From positions 65,220,907 through 65,284,906 of the forward strand of contig NC_068991.1 of the NCBI RefSeq assembly GCF_001194135.2: a stretch of DNA of 64,000 nt. The letters are read 5' to 3'. The DNA is from Octopus bimaculoides (taxonomy: Eukaryota). The notes beneath the pieces were generated by a model. It was not told where the DNA came from and ran no database searches. It worked only from the letters and a program-made list of their open reading frames with translations. Positions 28,926 through 40,998 of the stretch are shown here, one piece after another. A program made the position numbers and the translations under genes. Every line of letters starts with the position of its first letter. Positions within the stretch are counted from its first letter, which is position 1.

Positions 28926-29257
28926 AGCTATTTAGAAACTTCAAAACCATAACATAACAAGCTAATCAACAGGCAGTTTATCGATGATTGAAATTTCCCA
29001 AATAATTCTTTGTTTATTCCCTGCTATTGTCTAATACACAGCTTCAGTTCATAACTACTATTTAGGGGACTGAATTCAATATTTGCTTTGTATACAAAGA
29101 ATTCTAGATTTCCTGTTAGCTTATGTAACCATCAGATGAAATTTTCTGTATAGAAGTCGTGGGGAGGGGCAAAGAGAGTGAATGAGTGGATGTTTGATTT
29201 TATGTCAGCTAGCAAGCCAAAACTTCGAAGTCCCAGTCAATCCGCAATCTAGTGGAA

Positions 29258-29316
<59 letters not shown>

Positions 29317-29431
29317 GTATTGTATAGATTCGACATATATTGTGATAAAATAAAAACAAACTATAGATTGATGTCCTTTATGATATACAGAAAAGTGTGT
29401 GCGAAATATATATGTGTAGATATATATATAC

Positions 29432-29471
<40 letters not shown>

Positions 29472-29527
29472 ATACATACACACACAAACATATTTTGAGT
29501 TCTATTTTTTCCCCCGTTTGCATCACC

Positions 29528-29574
<47 letters not shown>

Positions 29575-30081
29575 TTCACACACGCATACATTTACATAAT
29601 AGACACATCACACACCATTTCCTGATAAATAATGGATGTGGGGTAGACATAGCAACAGCTTCACAGCAAAGTTCATACATGCATTCTAACAAATCCAGTT
29701 TTGCAGGGTAAACAACAACCATTTGCCCAAACAATAACCATAATAGGTGAACTTGAATGGATTTCTATCAAAAGTTCCCAGTTACAAAGCTTCCTTGTTG
29801 GCAGCAGCAAGATAGAAATTATGTAATTCTATTAGCTGTAGTTTCAAAAGAGTTTATTATTCAATCCCATGTCAGCCTTAATCGAATACACCAAGGACTG
29901 AAAGGTGTGGCAGTATTAACGATTTTGTTGTACCAGAAAATATCTCTGTAACTTGCTTTACAAAGGCAGTAGGGTATGATCTGAAGAAAATTTGGTTACT
30001 TTTTCTGGTAAGTCAAGTAACAAAGAAAAGAATATCCTGTTGGGTTTGTGGTGTATTTTTAGTGTAGATCCTGATAGGACC

Positions 30082-30464
30082 GTGGAGGCACAATGGCCCA
30101 GTGGTTAGGGCAGCGGACTCGCGGTCATAGGATCACGGTTTCGATTCCCAGACCAGGCGTTGTGAGTGTTTATTGAGCGAAAACACCTAAAGCTCCACGA
30201 GGCTCTGGCAGGGGATGGTGGCGAAGCCTGCTGTAGTCTTTCACCACAACTTTCTCTCACTCTTACTTCCTGTTTCTGTTGTACTTGTAATTCAAAGGGT
30301 CAGCCTTGTCACACTGTGTCACGTTGAATATCCCCAAGAACTACGTTAAGGGTACACGTGTCTGTGGAGTGCTCAGCCACTTGCATGTTAATTTCATGAG
30401 CAGGCTGTTCCGTTGATCGGATCAACTGGAACCCTCGACGTCGTAAGCGACGGAGTGCCAACAA
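30082..30464 (+). mobile_element. tRNA(Arg)-like SINE family C, full length with 12-bp TSD
   Basis: Head GGCACAATGGCCCAGTGGTTAGGGCAGCGGACTCGCGGTC…GTTTCGATTCC. The TSD CCTGATAGGACC is at 30070-30081 and 30465-30476. It may correspond to the octopus OR-type SINEs (not verified). Confidence 0.9.
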
Positions 30465-31705
30465 CCTGATAGGACCAATAATCAAAGTCATATCAGCCAT
30501 AACTATCCTGCCCTTTTTTGGGATACACTGCATCTAGAATTCCATCACCCAATGTGACCCTTCCTTTAAATAGAAGACTGCAATTTGAGGGAGATTAGAC
30601 TGTTATTTCTATCAGGCTGAGTGATGATGTGGAATCTCCTTTGTTAGGTCATTACAACAGAAGTTATATGTCCAAGTAGTACAGCCTTTGTTCTGGACAG
30701 TTAAAGGTATCAACCAATATATGCAGAGGATGTCAGGGCTAATATGGACATGTATAGATAGGATACACAGAGAATAACTTCAAGATCAGATCTTAGGATG
30801 CTGGGCCTTTTCAAAGCTCAGTATCCAGAGATCTAGGCCTTTCTGTGTTGGTATATGTAGTATAGCAGAACTAGACAACACATGACAATATGGAGAAAGA
30901 AGTTGATGAAGATATAGTATTGGTATATTATTATATCAAACAGTTGGGAAAATACCATCATTCCTGGATGCATGGAAAATGGAAAAAAAAAAAGATATGG
31001 AAAGAGAGAAAGAGAAATACAAGATAAGAGGACAGGAGAGAAAAAAGAAAGAGAGGACAGAGATAAGAGAGTGGGAAGAAAGAATACTGAAAAAGAGCTA
31101 AAAAGAAAGAGAGTTTGCAAGTGAGAAAAGTGCAGTGATTCTCTTGTGGAATGAGTTCAAACCTACTATTACTATTAATACCTGAACAATAACTTGTCTC
31201 GTATAACAAGAAAAACTTCACTTTTCCCTGAGAAAATCCCAGCTGTAATGATCTGAATGAAAATGTTCTCACTCAGAATTGAACGAACGGTCATTATACA
31301 TGTTTGAAATAAACAAGTTTCCAAGGACAGAACACCACCTCTTCAACCTAGCTAAAACTGTAACGAGAAGATTGAAACTGCCTATTGCCTGTTCAGAATC
31401 AAAAACCTGCCAGAAACCCTACAGTTACTAACACTGTACTGAACAAATACAAACTGCCCCCTCTTCTCAGATGTCTCAAACAGTGCCCCCACCACCATCA
31501 CCACCAACAAGCACCACTTTATCTTATGTTGGGAATTATGTATTTGTATTTAGCACTAAAAATATTGGACGGCAGGTAACACAGGCTGTGATTCACCTGT
31601 CAAGTTGACTCATCTGTTTTTACTCAGACAGCTGCACCCTTTTCACTGACCTCCTTAACTCCATTTTCCTACCAGATAGTGACACTTTTATTACTTTTGC
31701 AGAAA

Positions 31706-32155
31706 GCCCTTCACTCAAGAGGCAGGGCCCTTCACTCAAGAGGCAGGGCCCTTCACTCAAGAGGCAGGGCCCTTCACTCAAGAGGCAGGGCCCTTCACTC
31801 AAGAGGCAGGGCCCTTCACTCAAGAGGCAGGGCCCTTCACTCAAGAGGCAGGGCCCTTCACTCAAGAGGCAGGGCCCTTCACTCAAGAGGCAAGGGCCTT
31901 CGTCCAAGAGGAAGGGGCCTTCGTCCAAGAGGAAGGGGCCTTCGTCCAAGAGGAAGGACCCTTCGTCCAAGAGGAAGGACCCTTCGTCCAAGAGGAAGGA
32001 CCCTTCGTCCAAGAGGAAGGGCCCTTCGTCCAAGAGGAAGGGCCCTTCATCCAAGAGGAAGAGCCCTTCATCCAAGAGGAAGGGCCCTTCATCCAAGAGG
32101 CAGGACCCTTCATCCAAGAGGCAGGGCCCTTCATCCAAGAGGCAGGGCCCTTCAT
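31706..32155. repeat. 21-bp GC-rich minisatellite, 21 full units plus a partial unit
   Basis: Unit GCCCTTCACTCAAGAGGCAGG (9 copies) grades into CCTTCGTCCAAGAGGAAGG and CCTTCATCCAAGAGG variants in ordered blocks. Confidence 0.95.
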
Positions 32156-33323
32156 CGCAATATAGCCAATGGTCTGTACTAAAGGATAAATGGTAAGGTT
32201 GGAAGGGTTGAACCCAGAATCATGGAACACTTGAACCCATTTCTCTAAAGCAGTGCTTTGCAACCGGAATTCCACAGCACACTGGTGTGCCACAGTGTAA
32301 CCTGAATACAATTTTGTTCCCTATACTTTTAGTTATATTTTTAATTCAGGTGTGCTGCCAAATTTTGAAAAGAATACAAGTGTACCACAAGTGAAAAAAG
32401 GTTGTGGAGCATTGCTCTCAAGCCTCAAGTTCAGTTTCAGGACCTCATTATCACCTTTACCTATTTAATTATAGAAGTATTATGCCTCACATCTATGCAA
32501 AGACAACTTAGCCATTGATGAAGAATATCAGTGATTTAAGTAAGCTTGTACATACTAAACAACTGAACCGAGACTGAATATTCAATATTTTAAAAACTTC
32601 CACCCAAACCAATCACCAACCATTACTACAGTTCCACATAAAATAAGCATTAACTTGACTGACCTCACTCATTCAACAAACCTTTTGTCACCAACCCAGT
32701 GATCTGATAAGTGCAACATTTCCTTCAACATTAATAAAATAAATTATTAAATCTTATCAATGACAAGGAAAATAAAAGAACCATTTCAAAAAATTTTTTA
32801 TCTTTTTTTTTTGAGATATATTACAAAAGGAAGGGCAGAGTTCAAGACCAATTCACAGATTTCTGAGACTGGTGGGCAGGAAAAGGAGTAAGAAACCACG
32901 ACACTAAGGATGCTGCCACAGGAAACAGTATATCAGAGTATCAAGTTATCGCCAAATAGAACACAAGATCAAAATAGATCAGAGTGAACTCTGTTAGACC
33001 ATGAGCTCAAGCACTAAGTTATGGTGATGTTAATACAGGTAATCATCATCATTTTACGTCCATTTTCTATGCTGGCATGGGTTGGACAGAATCTGGTGAG
33101 CCACAGGGTTACATGAGCTTCAGTGTCAGCTTTGGCATGGATGCTTCAGTTGGCTGCCCTTCTCAATAGACAACCAATCTGATAATGCAATCTTTATCAA
33201 GTATCAAGATAGCAATAACAGAAGTGTAGAATCTGAAAGTCAAACTTCTCAATGTCTCACTGTATTCTATATCCTAGATCTACATTCATCAAGAAGCATA
33301 CATCTCATATACATATGTGTAAC

Positions 33324-33637
33324 TGGCATTCCATCAGTTGCAACGATGAGGGTTCCAGTTGATCCGATCAATGGAACAGCCTGCTCGTGAAATTAACATG
33401 CAAGTGGTTGAGCACTCCACAAACATGCATACCCTTAAAGTTTTCAGGGAGATTCAGCATGACACAGAATGTGACAAGGCTGGCCCTTTGAAATACAGGT
33501 ACTACTCATTTTTGCTAGGTGAGTGGACTGGAGCAACGTGAAATAAAGTGTCTTGCTCAAGGACACAATACATCACCAGGAATTGAACTCAGTACCTGAC
33601 AATCATAAACCAAATAACCTAACCACTAAGCCACACA
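33324..33637 (-). mobile_element. SINE family C-related copy, diverged
   Basis: Reverse complement of GAGCAGGCTGTTCCATTGATCGGATCAACTGGAACCCTC, with a different tRNA-like head. Confidence 0.75.
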
Positions 33638-33976
33638 TCTTCACAATTCATAACTCATTCTGTTACATTAAAATATCACACCTATAGTGTTTACAGATTT
33701 ACCTCAACAAACAACTATTTATCAGTTCTTTCACATAGAAATATCTATCCTATCCACACTGTAAATTTCATATTCTAGTTCAGTGCCAATGGCACAAGGA
33801 GGGAGGACAGTGCTGAGTGCCTTTTTGAAAGCATTCAAGGAGTCAAACTGGAAATCTGGCCTAGATGCTTACAATAAAATAGATTCTATTAAAAGGTACC
33901 CAAAGGCCAGGCAGTGGTGTTATACCAAGTAATGGATTAAGTCAACCACTCAACTGTCTCGGGGTCTTTGTACTAG

Positions 33977-34372
33977 TGGCTGTGTGGTAAGTAGCTTGCT
34001 TACAGACCACATGGTTCCGAGTTCAGTCCCACTGCGTGGCACCTTGCACAAGTGTCTTCAATTATAACCTCATGCCGACCAAAACCTTGTGAGTATATTT
34101 GGTAGACGGAAACTGAAAGAAGTCCACCATATATGCATATATATATATATATATATATGCGCGTGCGTGCGTGCGTGCATGTGTCTACGTTTGTGCCCCA
34201 ACCATCGCTTGACAACCAATGTTGGTGTGTTTACGTCTACGTAACTTAGCAGTTCGGCAAATGAGAGCAATAGATACAATAAGTACTAGGCTTACAAAGA
34301 ATAAGTCCTAGGGTCGATATGTTCGGCTAAAGGTGGTGCTCCTGCATGGCCACAGTCAAATGACTGAAACGA
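33977..34372 (+). mobile_element. SINE family A
   Basis: Full head-to-tail match to the other copies. Confidence 0.85.
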
Positions 34373-35194
34373 AGAATATATGCACACAAGCTTTTCCCAG
34401 TTTCCATCTACCAAATGCACTCACAAGGCTGAACCCCAAACTGTGTAGTTGGGAAGCAACTTCTTACCACACAGCCACACCTACATTATGTTTAAAATAA
34501 ATCAGATTCATCCAGCTTCATTAAGAATCATACGTGATTTATTAGCAGTTAACCAACCATGTATAATTAAGATGCAGTTCTAATTACAACTATATATATA
34601 TATATACGTGTGTGTGTGTNNNNNNNNNNNNNNNNNNNNNNNNNNNNNNNNNNNNNNNNNNNNNNNNNNNNNNNNNNNNNNNNNNNNNNNNNNNNNNNNN
34701 NNNNNNNNNNNNNNNNNNNNNNNNNNNNNNNNNNNNNNNNNNNNNNNNNNNNNNNNNNNNNNNNNNNNNNNNNNNNNNNNNNNNNNNNNNNNNNNNNNNN
34801 NNNNNNNNNNNNNNNNNNNNNNNNNNNNNNNNNNNNNNNNNNNNNNNNNNNNNNNNNNNNNNNNNNNNNNNNNNNNNNNNNNNNNNNNNNNNNNNNNNNN
34901 NNNNNNNNNNNNNNNNNNNNNNNNNNNNNNNNNNNNNNNNNNNNNNNNNNNNNNNNNNNNNNNNNNNNNNNNNNNNNNNNNNNNNNNNNNNNNNNNNNNN
35001 NNNNNNNNNNNNNNNNNNNNNNNNNNNNNNNNNNNNNNNNNNNNNNNNNNNNNNNNNNNNNNNNNNNNNNNNNNNNNNNNNNNNNNNNNNNNNNNNNNNN
35101 NNNNNNNNNNNNNNNNNNNNNNNNNNNNNNNNNNNNNNNNNNNNNNNNNNNNNNNNNNNNNNNNNNNNNNNNNNNNNNNNNNNNNNNNNNNNNN

Positions 35195-35230
<36 letters not shown>

Positions 35231-35231
35231 G

Positions 35232-35452
35232 TGTGTGTGTGTATGTTTGTGTCTGTGTTTCTCCCCCCAACATCGCTTGACAACCGATGCTGGTGTGTTT
35301 ACGTCCCCGTGATCTAGCGGTTCGGCAAAAGAGACCGATACAATAAGTACTAGGCTTACAAAGAATAAGTCCTGGGGTCGATTTGCTCGACTAAAGGCGG
35401 TGCTCCAGCATGGCCGCAGTCAAATGACTGAAAAGAGTAAAAGAGTAAAGAG
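35232..35452 (+). mobile_element. SINE family A, 3' half (5' part lost in the N gap)
   Basis: CATCGCTTGACAACCGATGCTGGTG…GCATGGCCGCAGTCAAATGACTGAAA. Confidence 0.85.
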
Positions 35453-35852
35453 TATATAAAAGCATGAAAGTGCAATACACCTATTCTGGGATCAGTACTT
35501 GCTTCATTCCACAAGCTGGCATTCACAATAGCGCACCAATTCATGCATCAAAACTTCAAATTAAGATTGTTGTTAGTGTTGTACTTGTTTAACCCAAGGT
35601 CAAATCTGAATGAGCAGACATGACCAAACGCATTCCAGCCACGATAATCACACCCTTTTCTGAGTTTATATATATATATAAAGACTACACTGGCCACTGT
35701 AACTTTCAATCTTTAAGACGATAGGGCATGAGCAAATTTAGCTGCCATTTCTCATAAGTAGAACGACCACATAGATTGCTGCGCTGGTTTACTCTTTTTC
35801 TTGTTGGTAATTTTTGTCAAATGTTTCTGCAAGTCTGATAGCTGTGGACACT

Positions 35853-36017
35853 CACTAGCGTAGCCAGAGTGTGTGCCGCCCGGGTCGGCCCTTCCGTTTA
35901 CCGCACCCGGACCCCACAAAAAATACACATTGCCTACAAGAAATAGCCTGCAACATGATGAAAAGTGCCGCCCGGGGCGGACTGCCCTATCACCCCCACC
36001 CCCAAGTTATGCTAGTG
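35853..36017. mobile_element. Small MITE-like element with CACTAGCGTAGC/GTTATGCTAGTG termini
   Basis: Imperfect 12-bp TIR and an internal direct repeat GTGCCGCCCGGG. The same left end occurs at 60542, and a related CAGTGGCATAGC end at ~14950. No TSD was found. Confidence 0.45.
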
Positions 36018-36145
36018 TGGCCACTATATCGTGAAGCATGTTCTTGTATGATGCAAGGACGCCTGAGAAATATATAGTGTATCACGTGATACAGAGGTCA
36101 GACAAAAGGGTTAAAATCACCATGGCAACTGTAAATTTCATATGT

Positions 36146-36177
<32 letters not shown>

Positions 36178-36228
36178 GAAATTTACAGTTGCCATAGTGA
36201 TTTTAACCCTTTTGCCTGTCCTCTGTAT

Positions 36229-36271
<43 letters not shown>

Positions 36272-36617
36272 NNNNNNNNNNNNNNNNNNNNNNNNNNNNN
36301 NNNNNNNNNNNNNNNNNNNNNNNNNNNNNNNNNNNNNNNNNNNNNNNNNNNNNNNNNNNNNNNNNNNNNNNNNNNNNNNNNNNNNNNNNNNNNNNNNNNN
36401 NNNNNNNNNNNNNNNNNNNNNNNNNNNNNNNNNNNNNNNNNNNNNNNNNNNNNNNNNNNNNNNNNNNNNNNNNNNNNNNNNNNNNNNNNNNNNNNNNNNN
36501 NNNNNNNNNNNNNNNNNNNNNNNNNTATATATAAATAATTGCAGCGTGGAAGGTGTTTATAAGCCATTTAAAATAACACACAAAAGCCGTCAGATTCACT
36601 TCAACATTTAAATTTAA

Positions 36618-36665
36618 TTTGTCAAAATATTTTCGTCGCTTTGAGACCGCGACCTGTTCACTGGC
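36618..36665 (-). ncRNA. Candidate minimal type I hammerhead ribozyme (G3:C8 core variant)
   Basis: The minus strand reads GCCA-GUGAACA-G-GUCGC-GGUCUCAAA-GCGAC-GAA-AAUAUU-U|UGAC. It has a 5-bp stem II, GAAA, a palindromic stem III and an NUH cleavage site. Stem I is weak in this copy. Confidence 0.5.
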
Positions 36666-39600
36666 CATGTTTCAACAAGGACGAGATGATCACACGTCTT
36701 TGATTGCAGGTCTGGATCAGGGCTGACCTGAGTTAAGGCAGCATAGCTATTTTTTTTTTTTTATTTAATCATAAGGAGGTAATTTCTAGGGAGAAGATCC
36801 GAGGAGGATTCTAGCAGTACAATAGTTTATATAATGCGAAGAAAAGAGAACTTGATTTCTTAAATCTTCGATGAAAAGCGCCATGAGAGAAAAAAATCCT
36901 CTCTTGAAAAACAATACAAATATTGATTTTTTTTATTTTTATTTATGTAGTATAAATCAATTTGAAAAATAATCTCAAAGAAAAATGCACCAGTTCCGAA
37001 ACTGATAGTTTGGTTTCAAATTTAACGTAGGATCAGCTCACGTAACAAAGTATAGATAATACAGACACCATAAAAAAAAAACATTGCCTAGCGTGTGTGT
37101 GTGTGTGTGTGTGGTGGTGTAGTGGTACTAGAAAGGGGGAGAGACAAACAACAAATAACAGAGACGAGGTATCACAGATAAGGATAGAGTTAGATGAAAT
37201 AGAAAGACGCCGATGGATAATGTATTTTTATGTGTACGAGTGAGTCTGAAAGTAACATCAGCACATGTGACATTTGTAAATGTCCGCTTCAAGCAGACGA
37301 GTTAACTGAAGTAGCAGGTTGCTTGCTGAAAGAGAAAGAGCGAAATCAATAAATAACTTCGCTACTGAAATTTGTATGACAATTGACACAGTGTAAGAAT
37401 AAGTTCCCAACAAGCCAAACAGTACGCGATTTGGTGGAGATGGAGTATATGTAATCTGGGTATACCCCCACTTTTAAATTTTGTTTTTTTTACGGAATCC
37501 TATGTTTCAGACCATGGAGAATCCGATTTTGAAAAAAAATCTTTTTAAATCTCAATTTCAAAATTTNNNNNNNNNNNNNNNNNNNNNNNNNNNNNNNNNN
37601 NNNNNNNNNNNNNNNNNNNNNNNNNNNNNNNNNNNNNNNNNNNNNNNNNNNNNNNNNNNNNNNNNNNNNNNNNNNNNNNNNNNNNNNNNNNNNNNNNNNN
37701 NNNNNNNNNNNNNNNNNNNNNNNNNNNNNNNNNNNNNNNNNNNNNNNNNNNNNNNNNNNNNNNNNNNNNNNNNNNNNNNNNNNNNNNNNNNNNNNNNNNN
37801 NNNNNNNNNNNNNNNNNNNNNNNNNNNNNNNNNNNNNNNNNNNNNNNNNNNNNNNNNNNNNNNNNNAAAACGTGGGATTCCGTTAAAAAAATTAATAAAT
37901 AAGGGGGGGGGAAGGTTCAGATTACATATAATCCATCTCTACCCGCGATTTATCGGTAGGTGATTGTAACCATTCTACTTCAATCAAGACAATAATTACT
38001 TTGTACAAACACCAAGAGATGCCACCAGACAACCCCTCAGTTCCTGTTCCTTATTTAGAACAAAAAAAGGCTTCGAAAGAACGTTGAGGCATCAATCAGT
38101 CAGAAATAGCAATCAAATCTTTAAATCACATTTTTTCTCTCTCTCTTTAAATGGAAAGGGTACATTAGATAACACAATCTTAGAAGTATGTCAGAATATA
38201 GGACAGGATGGTCACGGATAAATCGCTTTTGATCATAGCTCAGGGTTGAACTGGTACTGAACAGCGACAAACTAAAAGCTAGGCCTGGCAACAAACTAAA
38301 GGCTTGACCTTTGTTAAAAAAATCAATAATAAGAGCAGAGGTAAGTTCCTGTGACCTGGTTTTGATTTTCGCTCGATACTATAAGCCATAATCCGTGTCC
38401 TAAATGCTACTATAAACACGAATGTCTTCACTTCAAACACCAAGTCTTCTTAACATGCCATACGTTGTACCAATGTCAGGAGGTGACGAGGGGCAGAGCG
38501 GAAAGCACTACCAATCTGTGGTGACAGTTATGCTTTTTCCCCGATAGCACGGGCCACCGATGTAATTACCTAGATGCTACCCAACTAAACAGGTGTATTG
38601 GGTGGGTACACTGTAACCAACTGAATCCTCTACTCAACTAATGTAGTGGTAGAAAATTAAAGGAAAGAAACAAGCTGTTACTGAATATTCAGGGTTAATT
38701 AACACACTCGGAAATTGGAAGGCTGCTATATCACTATGATTATTATGAAAATTCTCATTCTATATTCGCTCATAAAATACAAATGCAGTCACATATATAC
38801 ATGTTTACATGAATCAATACAATGCTAGAACGTGCACATGCAGGCAAGTAAATAAACCTACATAAATACATAATACACTTTTACATAAGCACATCTATAT
38901 TAATATTATACACACATACATGTAAGTTTACACAAGCATGCACACTGACAGAAGCACATATTATACACACACAATCTTGGGTGGGTCATTGTCATTACGA
39001 AACCCGCGTTGGTTCTACTTCACATCCTTTTATCAATAGAAGACAACTAGCCTTATTGCGCGCGTGCGTAGCTAATATAAAGGAAAATGCGAAAATACTG
39101 ATAAAACTACGAAATGTGAAGTTGAGAGAAAATAAATCAAAAGTTTTTTTTTTTTATTCATTTATTTGATTTTTAATCAGTAAGACTGGCGTGAGAGATT
39201 GTCCTTGACATCAACAAAAGCTGCTGAGGTGTAAAGGTTGCAAGCAAAAGAGGAACTGTCAGTTATAATTAGCTGTACTAACATCACAACTGTCCCAAAA
39301 CCGGTTAGGAAAGGTCTACATAACACACAATAGAATTGTGTGTGCGTGTATGTATATATGTGGATGTATGGTTGGGTGTAGTAATAATGTTATTTTATGT
39401 TCCAATGTGATTGAATGTCGAGGAAGTGCGAGTTAAAAGCATGGCTGTGTGGTTTTAAATAATCATATACATTATGTTCCGTGTGATTCCATATGTAGTT
39501 GTGCGAGATTGTACGAATATATGTGAATATGAAGTTGTGTGCAAATATCAATGCAATTATGTATTTAAATATATGTACATATAAGTGTGTGTAGGAGAAT

Positions 39601-40914
39601 ATTAAACTGTTATGATCAGGTGCAACACTTCCCAATGTTTTTAACACAGAAATACATTTAGTTAGAAATACGTTTAGTTATTAAACGAGACGAGCACACT
39701 TAAAAATAATAAGTCGAGGTTAACCGAAGTAAAAAAAAAAAATTTACTTAAGGCACTCAGATTTTTACCAAGTCATTCAGGTTAATTCATTCTGAAACAT
39801 TGCTGAACGAGTAGACGACTCTAAATACCAACCACTGTAAACTTCCATTTAAATAGTAAAATTGCCAGTTTAAATCAATATCCACGTCGAACAGCGATAT
39901 CAGTGTGAATGTACAGAATTTAATTCTAAATGTTTTAAATTATAATTAAATAGCTACCAGTTTTAATTGAAACTGATGGGAAGAATACTGATACAAACAA
40001 TAAGCGCCAAATAACAGGAAGCAAGTTTCAATTAGTTCTGAAACCCAATCAAGAAAGATAGTTTCTAGGTTGTCGACTCGACCTGCTAGAAATAACAACT
40101 GAATCTCCATTATATCGTTCTCTACGGTTAAAAAAGAAAAAGACGGACACATTGGATACATTATGAGACTGTACGATTATATATGAATATATTATGTCTG
40201 AATGAAGGGAGTAGTCACGACTGGAACGTTTTCTGATGATGGGTCTGCTTGAGTGGTTAAATATACTATACTTGTGAATAACCAGGGATTAAAACCGAGT
40301 TAAATTTGTTTCGGGTGTTGTGAAATGAATGAGTAAAGGGTCAATTTGAGGTTAATATATTAATAATTAGGGATTAAGATCGAACTATCGCACAGTTTTA
40401 AAAACTAGTAGTCAAGATTGATTTTTGGATAAGAGAGACTAAATAATTACATACAGCAGTAATAAGAGATCAGATATCGACATTTTCCAAATTGAACACG
40501 TGTTTATTACAAACAGTAATTATGTATGATTATGCGCGTGAAGGAGATAGATTTGATGAGTTAAAATAACACTTTCCGCAGTCCGCCGGCTTTAACTTGC
40601 CGGTTTCCTAAATGTAAACATAGAAATAAGGTAGCACTTTTAAAGGAGGGAAAGAAGACCACCATGTCCGAATCTCGATGCCTGAAACACCCAATACAAA
40701 GAAGATTCCTCTACAAAGTGGCTGTAAATTTGTCTCTAGATTAACGGATAAATCGTGCAGGTGGAATAATCTGTATTTTTTGTGGCGGGAATAAGAGATG
40801 ATGAGAAGAAATGGGTCAGAATACTCGAGTTATGTATCATAAAATCACACACGCAATGTGATGTTAAAAAATTTTTTTTTTTTAAATAGGTGAAACTGTA
40901 AAATAAATACTTAC

Positions 40915-40998
40915 CCTTTGGTCGACAGGGACGGTATTTTTCTTCCGTCGTAGGTTAGGAGAGCGAAGGACCTTTCTAGAGATGCTAGGTTTATCCAT
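40915..40998 (-). CDS. MAPKBP1: MAPKBP1/WDR62-family WD40 protein, first coding exon (28 codons, MDKPSISRKVLRSPNLRRKKNTVPVDQR)
   Basis: Minus-strand ATG at 40998-40996. The 84-nt open frame ends at a strong donor AGG|GTAAGTA in phase 0. LRSPNLRR resembles the vertebrate MAPKBP1 N-terminus as I recall it (LLRSPSIKLRR...SSK|VTLEKVLG), and it joins in frame to the exon at 1017-926. Confidence 0.85.

Larger units (their letters stand above)
1018..40914 (-). other. MAPKBP1: First coding intron of MAPKBP1/WDR62 (~39.9 kb), filled with repeats
   Basis: GT at 40914-40913 and AG at 1019-1018. The two flanking exons join in frame. No intervening exon of this family was recognised, but N gaps could hide one. 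Confidence 0.75.

Noticed and set aside
31528-31600. YVFVFSTK…QAV resemblance to the BCL9 HD1 motif
   Set aside because: Only a few residues match, the spacing differs and a stop follows. There is no other BCL9 sequence.
31706-32155. CRISPR-like array
   Set aside because: The units are head-to-tail with no unique spacers, in a eukaryotic context with no cas genes. It is a minisatellite.
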